From Antedon mediterranea (lineage: Eukaryota > Animalia > Echinodermata), in NCBI RefSeq assembly GCF_964355755.1, contig NC_092671.1:40000304-40064303 (forward strand): a DNA stretch of 64,000 nucleotides, in the 5' to 3' direction. Positions within the stretch are counted from its first letter, which is position 1. Each line of letters begins with the position of its first letter. Below, piece after piece: positions 30,101 to 43,368 of the stretch. The position numbers were made by a program, and so were the translations under genes. The notes beneath the pieces were generated by a model that saw nothing but the letters and a program-made list of their open reading frames with translations, was not told the DNA's origin and did not search any database.

Positions 30101-33100
30101 CTGACCAAGTATGACAAAATAAACCACATAGCAAAACTAAAAAGATTATTATAAACATCAAACATACTGTACCTATTAATTTAAATCTAAAACATTACTT
30201 TTCAAAATTGGTTATAATAGTAGGCATATGTCACCAAGATAACAAGGAAAGACACAACCATCCACTATTCAATCTGGTAAAACTTCTACCAGACTTTTTA
30301 ATGTATTAAAGTACAGTTGAGAAAACATAAGAGTGTGACTATATTCATCACACTCTGTGTGGGTAGCCCAATAGGTCCCTATTTTATTTTCGTTAGTCCT
30401 TAATTTAAAAGACCTTATTTCATTAGGGCTCAGTAGTACATCACTGGTTCATATATCTCAGTAGGACTATGTCAATACCTTGACATCCCAAAAGTTAAGA
30501 ACATGTTTGCTACTACCTCATTGGGCTACCCAGTTGGGGGGTTTTAAGACCTTAATCCAGTTAATAGAAAATTGTTAAATCCACTTCTTCCAGACATAGT
30601 TCCATGTGAACGCCACTATTCGGGCTACTGGGGGTGTTTTAAGACCTTATTTTGACTTATCTTATTAGGACTCGGTTGATATTAGTTCATATAACTCAGT
30701 AGGACTACATTACTACCCAAAAGAAGATGTTATGTTAAGAACATGTTTGCTACAACACATTCCACACCATCTGTTAACAGAAGATAATAAAGTGACAACC
30801 ATGGTATCTATATTACAAATGTTTCCTGTACACTTTTGATCCATAAACACAATCATATAGAAGGGTGCGACTCTAATATGAATTTGATATGGCTTTCAAA
30901 ATGAACGTTTTTAATGAATAGAAGACATGGGAATGACAAGCTGCTTCCTCACATCACAAATGGCCATGAGCAAAGCAATTGATAATTTAATGTGATATTA
31001 TCTTTTTGGGAGGGTGTGTTATCAAACCTTAGAAACGTTCCTCCCAGTTTTTGAACTACAGACGAAAAACAACTCTTCGTAGGAAAAAATCCATTTTAAT
31101 TATTGTGATAAGGTCATAGGGCAGTAAACAACTTAAAATGTACTCATCTTCAATTATTAATGATTTAAAAGCGTTTTATTTTTTAAAAAATATTGTGTAT
31201 TAACTCAGTTTTGAACCCATCAAGAAGAAGGTGGACATAACCATGTGTAGGCATGTACAGTGTTACTTAAAAGGTAGCCTTTTTCCATATTAAATATAAC
31301 CTTTTAATTCCCAGCGTGAAATTATTAATTCAATTTATGTTTGGACATATCTTTAAAAAGCATTTTCAAAAAAGCACAATTTTGCATCATTGTTGATAGG
31401 AATTTTACTCTCTTGTGAAATTATGAACTTGTTAACCTTAGTCAGGAGAATAGCAATTATTTTTGCAAAATATTTCCATAACAAAGTTTGTTAGAAAAGC
31501 AAGAAACATTATTTTTTAAGTAAAAAAAATCAATTTGGAATTTGGAAGATATACTCTGCCACACATAATCACATGACAACAGAGTATAATATTTTTTTAT
31601 TTTTTTTGTTACCATATTTATTGATCATTAGGGATGCTCAGAGGTTCACAAGACAAACATTATACACAAGATGCTCTACATAAACAAAGTGGAGTGGAGT
31701 TGTAATTTTGTCCGTAGAAAAAAACCTGACATGGGACTTAAACCCAGAACCCTTTAAATGGTAGCCAAGCATCATAACCACCAAGCCACAACTCCACTCT
31801 AATAATAATAATGAATAATGAATGTATTTAGAATGAATTATTACAATATTCTTATTTCTAATTATTAAATGAAAATAAATTTAATGTTCAATAATGATAA
31901 TAAAAAAAGGATAGCGGTGAAGCAAAAACAATCGATTGGACATAGAATTTGAGAAGGTGGATTATTGCAATTTGTGATAGAAGGAAGATATAAAGGTAAA
32001 ACAGAAAGAGGAAGGAAAATGATAGCTATGATAGTGATTAAATGATATAGCTATGATAGTGATTAAATGATATAGCTATGATAGTGATTAAATGATAGCT
32101 ATGATAGTGATTAAATGATAGCTATGATAGTGATTAAATGATAGCTATGATAGTGATTAAATGATAGCTATGATAGTGATTAAATGATAGCTACGATAGT
32201 GATTAAATGATAGCTACGATAGTGATTAAATGATAGCTACGATAGTGATTAAATGATAGCTATGATAGTGATTAAATGATAGCTATGATAGTGATTAAAT
32301 GATAGCTATGATAGTGATTAAATGATAGCTACAGTATGATAGTGATTAAATGATAGCTATGATAGTGATTAAATGATAGCTATGATTGATAGTGATTAAA
32401 TGATAGCTATGATTGATAGTGATTAAAAAATAAAAATACATATTCGGAAGAAGAGGCACTAAATAGAGAAGCATGGAGAAAGAAGACTGTCATGGACGTC
32501 CTGCCAAATGGCAGATAACAAGACAAAGCAGTAGAGAAGCATGGAGAAAGAAGACTGTCATGGACGTCCTGCCAAATGGCAGATAACAAGACAAAGCAGT
32601 AGAGAAGCATGGAGAAAGAAGACTGTCATGGACGTCCTGCCAAATGGCAGATAACAAGACAAAGCAGTAGAGAAGCATGGAGAAAGAAGACTGTCATGGA
32701 CGTCCTGCCAAATGGCAGATAACAAGACAAAGCAGTAGAGAAGCATGGAGAAAGAAAACTGTCATGGACGTCCTGCCAAATGGCAGATAACAAGACAAAG
32801 CAGTAGGTTCAATAGTTAAGAGCAACTTGCACCTCATAGCCCAGAAAGGCTTTGTTTCAGTTGCTTTTTATTATGTCTTAAACTCTGTCTACACTACCAA
32901 ATTTTATGTGACAACAAAAGTGATGTACCCAGACATGGACACAATAATCACATATTTGGGCACATCACTACCATATTTGGTCACATCACACTATTTTTGT
33001 CCAATGATTTTGATAATGTGGACAGAGCTTTATAGAGAATGATTAGCAAAGACTCCACTCAATCAGACACAGGTGATATAACCACAACAAAGTGATTTAC

Positions 33101-36100
33101 AAAATATTATCTACTCACAACAAGGGAGGTATAACACATGAGAATTCCACTTAATACTTTGTCAATACAAGCATTAGTTTGATATATGATTTTGGGGAAA
33201 AATGATAGATTTAAAACGAAACCTGATGCGCAAGATTGAAGACACATTATCGTGTTCGGTAATTGATGGCTACGTACATCAACGCGCAACGGACAAACTG
33301 TATTCCATTAAGTTTGACAAACGATACAACAAAATACATGTTGATCCGATTAACTACTGTGGAAAATTGACGTCACATTATAAACTACTGCATAATGAGT
33401 TCCTATTTTGATAAACTTTTTAGAACATTTGTGTCAAAATGTTATCAATGTTGAATAGGGAAGCATGGCTTAGGCTAATTCATTCATTTATTATAACATA
33501 AACTGTCTCAAAAACAAGACACTGATGAGAAATAGATTTTTTTTAAATATGATTTTTATGAGTTTTTTCCTTTTTGTGTCAAAAGGGTATCGCATCTCAC
33601 AGGCAAGCTTTTAAAGACATTTGGAAAAATATTTTTTATAAATGAATTTCCGTCTCATTTCTTGTAAAATGTCATAAACTATTTAATATGTTCAGTTTAT
33701 TCACCTCTAGTGTTCAAAAAGGCAATGTCTTCAAGTTTTTGTATTTTTAAATATTATTTTATCAAAAAGAATCCCAATAAGAAAAGAGAGAAACCACCAA
33801 GCGATATTGAATAATATTTTTCATCAATCAAAATTAATTTAATTGTGGTTTGTACAGGATAACGCATTTTAGCAACTTAACAAGTTAACAATTTCGGGAG
33901 GTTTAAATATTTTTGTAACAAAGTTTGACGCACTAGTCAAATTCATCACAAAATACGTCGCGCAATCGCCATTTCAATGTTTACCAGAGGTGTGTCACGC
34001 ATTCTAGCAACTAATCGGAAGTAAATATGTATTAAATACAGAAATAACTTTTTAAAAAACAGAATTCAGACAGTAAAACATTAAACGTGGGTTTGAAAAA
34101 TGTTTTTATCTATAACCAAATTTTCTGGAGATCAGGAGATTGGATAACAATTCGGGAGGCTTCCGGGAGAAATCTAGAGACATCTGAGAAATACAACTTT
34201 ACAAACATGTATAATAGACAAAAAAATACAAAAACATTATAAATGTTACCAACAAATAACAATTCTGCCAGAATTGCCCTAAAATAAGGAAGTGAATGAC
34301 TTGGCAACAAAGGTTGACAACTGTTGCTATGGTTACTTTAAGCTATGGAAGTAGAGAATAAACAGGAAGTAGGATGTCTTCTACAGGGAAATAACACATT
34401 GAAACAGCATGATAATGTCTTACCGCTAGTTGTTGTTGTCACACTGTTAGCAGACACTCGGCTCTCTGACGGAGAAACAGCTGAAATTAAACAAAGTTTT
34501 TTATATTGTAAATTTATCATTCATTTGAAACAAATTATGTTATTAAGTTCTATTTCCACTATCAAACTTTATGTGACAAAAAATGTGATGTGCCCATATA
34601 TCGACATGATGATGTCATATCACTACCATATTTAAGCACATCACTACCATATTTAAGCACATCACTACCATATTTAAGCACATCACTACCATATTTAGGC
34701 ACATCACTACCATATTTAAGCACACTTTTTGGTCAAACTAGTTTGATAGTGTAGACAAAGCTTAAATGACCTTCATTTGATGGCATAGTTTGCATCCAGG
34801 GTAAGTCCTGGTAATATGGAACACAACATCCTACATAAGCCCAACCATAGGGGTAAACACAATCAGAAAAACACCTTAAGGGGATAGACAGTCACAGCCT
34901 AGGGTATATACAGTTGCAAAAAGGACAATTATCGGTGAATCATACTAAGCTGGTGACCCTAGGGAAAGGTCAATGTAATAGAGATTACATTTTTGTAAGT
35001 TTAGAAAAGAAAACTAAATAATTGCAGAAATGTACCATTATTATTGTGTATCAAAAAAGTTAGTGAAATAATTTTGCTAAAGAATCAAGGAATGAATTCG
35101 CAAAATTCCTTTGTATTTGAGGATTTATGAATTTAAGGGTCAGGTCCTGCGGGAATTGGGTAATATAGCAAATGTGGGTTCTCCCGGTATCTGTCTGGAA
35201 CGTACGCACTGTACTGACCCCTAATGTATAGGATCGTCAAGATATAGATGGGTGGATTTAAAATCTAGTTCTCGGCTAATTAAGTAATCTCATACACGCC
35301 CAATTGGCAATATTGTCTACATTTGAAAACAATAGTTCTGATCTAACAATATTTATAATGAATAAAATATGAATTCAGATTTTATATTTATCCAATACAC
35401 TTTTAAGCTCTGTCTACACTATCAAACTAGTTTGACAAAAAAAGTGTGATGTGCCCAAATATGGTTGGTAGTGATATGCCCAAAGATGGTAGTGATATGA
35501 CATTATCACATCATTTTTTTTGTCAAACAAAGTTAAAGAGCTTTATGTTTGAGATACAGTTTATGCAAACTCTGGTGCAAAAACAGGAAAAAGAACTTTC
35601 TTTTGGAAATTTACTGCATTAAACATGAATAAACTCCTATTTGTTTTTGCACCACTTTGTAGCCAAAAGCCTGTTTTCCAGTTCCACGTTAAGTTTTTTC
35701 GATGTTAATAATCAGCGATCTTCTATGTAAACATTGAACGCTAGAAATCAAATTTTACCCCTATCACATGATAACGATTAATGATAATAGCATCGAATAA
35801 CGTTGACTGGAAAACAAGCTTTACTCTACTGGATTGATCAATTCAATGTTATTTTCATAAGACACATTATTATGTAATAACAAGAGTTGAATGCACTTAT
35901 GCTGGAGAAACTTAAATAAACCAAGAGAAAAAAAAATGTAATAATAATAATATCTCTATTTTAATAATATCTATTACTTTGTGATGCACAGCATATATAT
36001 TACTTTACTAGACTCAAAGTGCAAATAAAGATATAATCTGCCAATCAAATTAACAAGTGTTTCCATCAAACTAGATTTAATTGACATTTATCATAATCTA

Positions 36101-39100
36101 CTGCATTAAATAAAGATGACCCTAAAAGAACATTAATGCAACGAATGACTCACAATCGTAAAAAGAGGTTTATGATGGTACAGGGTTGATACACTATATT
36201 CCTTAAAAAAAAATTGAAGATGGAGAGTTTCATTTTCACAAAATCCATTTATACAGTATTATAGCACCATAACTTTTCAAAAATATCTAAAATTGTATAA
36301 ACTTTTAACATCTTTAATTACATGTAATAATACTGTATGTTTGATAACTTTACGTGCCTTGAGCATTCATATTAATATTATGTTATGTACAGTATATGTA
36401 CTTCTTTTTCTGTGTTAATTTACTGTACATTTTTTTTCACTGCTCTCTATTATTTTACAAATGATGCGATTATAAATTATCAAACTTAAATTTATATTTA
36501 TTTTGTAAACCTGATCCTGATATCAAATATACATATACTATGTAAAATATATTTTATGTAATTTCTGTTTATCAGTCAGAAATAACCGTGTTAACAACAA
36601 TTTAAACTATGAGTGTATAAAAGATAATATTTCTCAATCTCTAAATCAGTACCTCATACATGACATAAAGATGATACAATAATATATGGTATAAGTCATA
36701 TAGCCTAGAAGCTTAAAACCATTAAAGTGTGAATCACTGAAAAAACTTCAATCTTATTGCTCCATCATTTAGGGATAATCAGATCCGCTTATTAACGCAA
36801 TCAGTACATGAAGATACTGTATGAATCGGGTGTTAGTCACGCTTAAAGAACGTTAAAGGGTACATGAATCGGGTGTTAGTCACGCTTAAGAAACATTTAA
36901 GGGTATATGAGTTGGCTGTTAATCATGCTAACAAGGAATATTTAAAGTGACACAATGTTTAAACTATGACATTTCAGTAAAATAATATGACATTTCAGTA
37001 AAATGTGTTTATTAGAAAAAATATCACTGTTTAAAAAAAACTAGGACAAGATGTTTAAGTGATTAAAAAAACTAGTTTAACGAGTAAAAAGGAACGTGAG
37101 GAAGTAGATCACTTAGAAATCATTTTTATTTATAACATTATTTATACATTAACCTAGATTGAAAAATGGAACCTATACATTCATTGTCGTTTATTCTATC
37201 AATGCAATTTGATGGAAGATAGACCTTGATGTCTTCCAATATAGTGCGTTGCTTGTTGAAGACTATAACAAAACAATAAGGTTTCAATTTGTTGATGTGT
37301 TCTTATTCTTAATCACTAAGAAAACACACAAAACAAACAATAGCATGTTCCCTTTTACCCAGTAACAGCCACATGAAGATAAAAAAATATCATAAACGTG
37401 TGATGTGCCCAAATATGGTAGTGATATTCCCAAATATGGTAGTGGTATGACATCATCATGTACATATATGGGCACATCACACTTTTTGTAACATCAATTT
37501 TGATAGACATGGAAGCACTTATGAAGGAGGTTTAACTTTTGGCAGGTGAGGTGGGAGCATATATACTGTACTATAGTTCCTTCTTGGCCATTATTTACTG
37601 TAGTTTCCTTATAAACAATTATTATATAATCAACAATATTGAAATAACTATTACATAATCCTTATCCTTATTGCATTGAGGTACCAATAATCATGGTATT
37701 GACACGAATGATTCAAGATGATGCACACACGTTGATGATAACCCTTTGGGATAAACAAACATTGTTAATTAACACTCCATCAGCTAACTGTCAATTAGCT
37801 ATACTATCCATCAAATGAATCACACATTGTCTTCCGCTACATTACTAAATATACTTTACTTCATCTAGTAGCTAAATGTCAATAGCTATCAGTATAATAA
37901 ACTTAATGTTTATTTTAACTTTTTAATACATCACTACTAGTCATAATGACATCATTCTTTTTTTATTTTTCCCGTATAATAATAAACTAAAACAATCCCT
38001 TTAATTAAGATGTATCGTAAACAATGTAGCATAATAAAAATATTTACAGCTTGTTTTTGTTTTTAAATGTTCAAAGACGTCACTCTTACTTGTAATTTTG
38101 TTCTTAATTAAATATAAAACTGATTATGTTTTGTTTCTACTGTATAAGACGAGAGCAAAAGCTTTACCAGCCAAAGCTGATCAGTAGGGACTACAAAAAT
38201 ATAGGAATAATTTATTTTATTCTAAATACAACAATTATTAGGGACACTGTTTGAGAAGACAGTAAAATGAAAATGTATTATTATACTATAGATAATTATT
38301 AATAAATAGAATTTATATAATTAACTAAATAATGAATAAATAATAGAAATCATAAAATAGGAAAACCAAACTATAACAAAGTGCAAAAAAAGCATGTACT
38401 GTATATTTGTAAATTCAGAACTGTTAAGTTAAAACTTGATGGCGTTTAGAATGGCTTAACTTGAATAATGCTACATTTATAACCTAAGCACTAATTTCCG
38501 CAGAGATAAATGAAAACTCCATGGAAACGCCATGAGCAATATTAGCACTAAGTGTTGTTGAACACGACATTCTCATGGTCTCATTTGCACTCTTCCCTTA
38601 ATTGCATCTTTGAAAAAGCTTAGTGTAATAGTAGTTTATTAGCTGGACTTAAAGTCAATGAAAATTGTAACATTATCCTCATCGCAGTCTGTCTCATCTC
38701 TGCTATTTTAACATTTCTAAATTTGGTTGTTTCTTCTCTTTTATATCACATTCAATACACAGTAGAAAAAAACAGAAAAAAATCACTGTTTTCAAGCCTT
38801 GATTAAATACTATCTAATGCTAAAAATAAACTAAGATGAAACAATCAAGAATCCAGAACTATGAGTAAAGCATATTGTATTTGAAGGCAATTTTTAAATC
38901 TTAATCTTAAATACTATCAAATCATAACATCTTTACTTAGTAATAAATATAGCTGAAAAGGAAAAAAATTAGGGAAATTCCCGAATATGAAATTATAATT
39001 CTGTCTTCAAGGCAATATCTTAAATCTTGATTTATGACCATCAAACAGTATAAATATCTTACTACTAAAAATCAGATAACACTTTATAGCAGTTATATTT

Positions 39101-42100
39101 CTTTTCATTTGAGATGACAGCCTAATTCAAGTTTGTTTTTTTGCCTTCTTTATGTATAAATGACTATCAACTTATCATTATGTTATATAGTCTGACTTAT
39201 CTGTAGTTTGTGCATAAAAGACTGTAATTTACTACGGATGTAATTTACAGCTCAAAAAACAGTAACATTTCAATGTCAAAAGTGACATGCAGCAATGTTC
39301 TCTAATAAATTTTTGAGAGGATTTGTCCAGAATAAAAAAGCTCGGGGGGATTCAAACATCAAACAAAAAATACAAAAGTCATCCATGAGATTTTGCTTTA
39401 AATCCTTTTGCGTTGAGAAATCTCATTAGGTACAAAAAGAAATTAGAAAAAATCATTGTAATACTTTTGTATGTCTCAACCTAGATTTACTGAATTTAAA
39501 ATGTTTAGTTTAAAACTGAAGAAATTAACATTTTTTTATATAAAAGGCTATTTTAAGAATTTGTTAATAATAGAACATAGCCGTTAAAATGAGGTTAATT
39601 AGCAACGCTATCAGTCATGCACAATATTAATTACCACAATTGAATCCATCCCCACAAGATGTCACCAACCAGAAGCTAAATATATTCAACATATTGTTTA
39701 ATATAAAGAATTATGTACCTGAACAGAATGGATGGCAGTCAGTCTCACTTATTGATAATATACTGTTTTGATAAGAATATATTGTTTAAAGATTTGCATG
39801 GCGAAATCAGTATGTTGATATAAAGGTTGCGGTACAACATATATATATAGTTTGGAAAAGACTGATGAAAATTGAAGTTTTCAGAACAAAGTATACCGCG
39901 AACTTTACTAACTAAATAAAATGATATCCCACAACATGTGAAGACTTTAAATTTTGTTCTGCTAAATCCCCATTGGCCCAGGATCACGCTGTTTGTGCAT
40001 CACTATTAGACATAAAGAAAATGTTTTTCTTATGTTTATTGTTTTGCCAACATCCTAGTTTGAGCGTTGTTGGTGCTTTCTACAGGTGTATATTCTACAG
40101 GTATCTAGGACTCATTTCAAACTGCATTGTAATTTCCTAACTAACTTTCAGTTTTGTACCTTTCCATGACCTTTGTAAACTTTAAGATAAAGATCGTCAG
40201 GAAAGACTTGTTGGTAATTATAGGAACATGTTTCTGGTTAGTCTCCTCACCTGGTGCCATTCTTTAAAACCATAAAGGTCTTGTACTAGTTGTTAGAAGT
40301 TAAATTATAAAAACAACTCTACTGATGTTGTATAGAAATCCTTATTAGATGGAAGGAATTGTGCGGATATTACCGGTAATTGCATTTGTGTAGCAAGACA
40401 CCTAAGATCATAATTAGATTTTGGAAATGTTGATTCCAGACGCATTCAGATAAAAACCTTAATTAACGTCAGTAAACCACCTTCTAAGGGCGAATCCTGA
40501 AAACCTTAATTAGTGTTAGTTAAAACCAACTTCTAAGGGTGGATCCTAGGATAACAATAGGGGCACACGTTTAACACTTCTAAGGGTGATCCTAGGATAA
40601 CAATAGGGGCACACGTTAAACACTTCTAAGGGTGGATCCTAGGATAACAATAGGGGTACACGTTTAACACTTCTAAGGGTGATCCTAGGATAACAATAGG
40701 GGCACACGTTTAACACTTCTAAGGGTGGATCCTAGGATAACAATAGGGGCACACGTTTAACACTTCTAAGGGTGGTCCTAGGATAACAATAGGGGCACAC
40801 GTTTAACACTTCTAAGGGTGATCCTAGGATAACAATAGGGGCACACGTTAAACACTTCTAAGGGTGGATCCTAGGATAACAATAGGGGTACACGTTTAAC
40901 ACTTCTAAGGGTGATCCTGGGATAACAATAGGGGCACACGTTTAACACTTCTAAGGGTGGATCCTAGGATAACAATAGGGGCACACGTTTAACACTTCTA
41001 AGGGTGGTCCTAGGATAACAATAGGGGCACACGTTTAACATCTAAAAATGAAACTATAAACTAGATTTTGATATCTATTTTTGACCGACTATTAATATTA
41101 AATATTATTGCTTCCCTGTCCTAAATATTCTCTACATATAACAATCTGTTTTTCTTGCTTTATATTTGTGGGTTTTTTTTGTGAGGTGGAAAAACATGAA
41201 AAACAATTATGTCAGCTGTATTACTATGTATAAAGCACATTAACATTTAAAATAAAAATCCCTTCAGAAAAATTAATTAATCATTCAAATTTGGAAACTA
41301 AATGCAATATATAGCTTAATGTTTATTTAGGAACACAGATGTGCAAATTAAACAAGCCAATTAAAAGAAAAATCGATTCAAAGGGTTATTTTTAGTCCTT
41401 AATATACATTAAGATATTGATCTAAAAGATTGTAAGTAATGTCACATCTTTTATCAATGAATTGAATACAAAAAAGACTAAAAAAAAAAATAACCTGGAA
41501 GAGGTCATGGGAAGGTTAACGATTGCCAAAAATACACAAACACAGCTGAAAACAACTAGAATTCTCTTATTCATGTATTCGTATGGATACTTGTTTTAGA
41601 ATAATATCATTTAAATTTAATTACTACACACGAGTAGGATGACATGTCGGGTAGTTACGGTGTCTGTTGCATCTGCTATGTTTAACACTTTACAGACATT
41701 TTAAACATCTAATGAGAACAAAGTGTACCGTTATCACCATGACAACAATTAACCTTTATTAAAGAGCACCTGTGGGCAAATTAACTGCCAATTTAAATTA
41801 AGATAAACATTTAAATATATTAATTATATTTTTCTTTGCAACCTATCTTCACCTTTTGCCCCACTTAATACTTGAACTAGAGAGGGCGGTACACTATAAA
41901 ATGACTTAATAAGATCTTGGTGTCTGGATGGAAGTTAATCAATTTAAGTATTTCAAGCTTTAAACAGTTTGTTGTACCATGGAGAAATAAAGTAACTTAT
42001 TTCTCCATGGTTGTACTATATATCACAGTTTGTCCTTACTTGAAAATATTAACAAAATTGTTTACAAACAATGCACAGAGGTAAAATAGTTGACATTGAA

Positions 42101-43337
42101 AATTCCAAATAATAATATTAAATGTCAAAATTATGGTAAAGTTTGTTTTTCTTATGACCAACTAAATAGAAACTTTCCAATAATTAAGACGATCTATTTC
42201 CTGTAAGGTAAATGTTGTTATAGATATAATGAACTATATGTGTGAAGTTGAAAAAAATGCATAAGTTCGCTACTTATATTACCTGGTGGTCGATCTTTTT
42301 AGACGATTTATTCTCTTCGCAGTGGTCTTCCAAACCCTTTAGGAATTTCACCACAAACATTTTGTTCTAGAAGTCATCTTTTGGAGGATTCAATTAATTT
42401 GAAATTAATCTGATGGACATTAGGGAGAAATTTGGATGTCAACAAGAAATGATTGTGTTTTAATTGTATCCTTAGGGACGTGTGAATATAGTGACTGAGG
42501 TACATGACTTCAACCTACTTTCCTTGTTGCTCTAGTATTTATAATAACTCTTCATTTGTTACTAAATTCAGTAACAATAGTCATGTTTAGGATGAGGAAG
42601 ATGGTACAGAGGGCAGCAAACATACTTTCTCTAAAGCTCTGTCTACACTATAAATCTTTATGTGACAAAAAATATGATATGCCTATATATGGACATGATG
42701 ATGTCATATCACTACCATATTTAGGCACATCACACTTTTTTGTCAAACTTGTTTGATAGTGTATACAGCGCTTTAGGAAATTGGTATTACAGTACCTAAT
42801 AAAAGTTGAATATGCTTTGGAAAGCAAATGCATAAACTTTTAAACAAAGCCTATTCATTTCTTATATAACTATCACATTCATATTCACAATATTCACAAC
42901 AATATTCACAACAATATTCACAACAATATTTACTACCTTCGGGTAGTAGAAGCATGTAGTTAAAAAGTGTAATATCTAAGTCAACAGTGACATGAGCTAT
43001 TGTGGATATGGTGTTATATAAAATTCCATCATCATAATTATCTTTTTATTACAGTAATTCATAATTTACCTGCCAGGAGGCAGAGGGCAGTATATGAAAT
43101 AAGGCACTCACAAGGAAAAATAAAATGGCTATTATATCTTAGATTTAAATGATAAAATTAAGAAATAGTTAAGAATAATTGCATTAAAATGTTTTCCATC
43201 ACTTATTAAAACATGCTAAACATTATTTTGTTTCTTTTTTTAGTGCCTTTCTATTATAGTGCATACTGTTAAACTCTCTTTACATATTACAATAATTAAA
43301 AGAAGAATGTTAAAGTAACTTGTACAGTATCTTGTAA

Positions 43338-43368
<31 letters not shown>

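Noticed and set aside
42283-42366. Candidate minus-strand exon NKMFVVKFLKGLEDHCEENKSSKKIDHQ (also weak candidates near 33223-33297, 13942-13998 and 10200-10268)
   Set aside because: Phases are incompatible with the phase-1 neighbours, or the acceptors are weak; left out of the model without RNA evidence.
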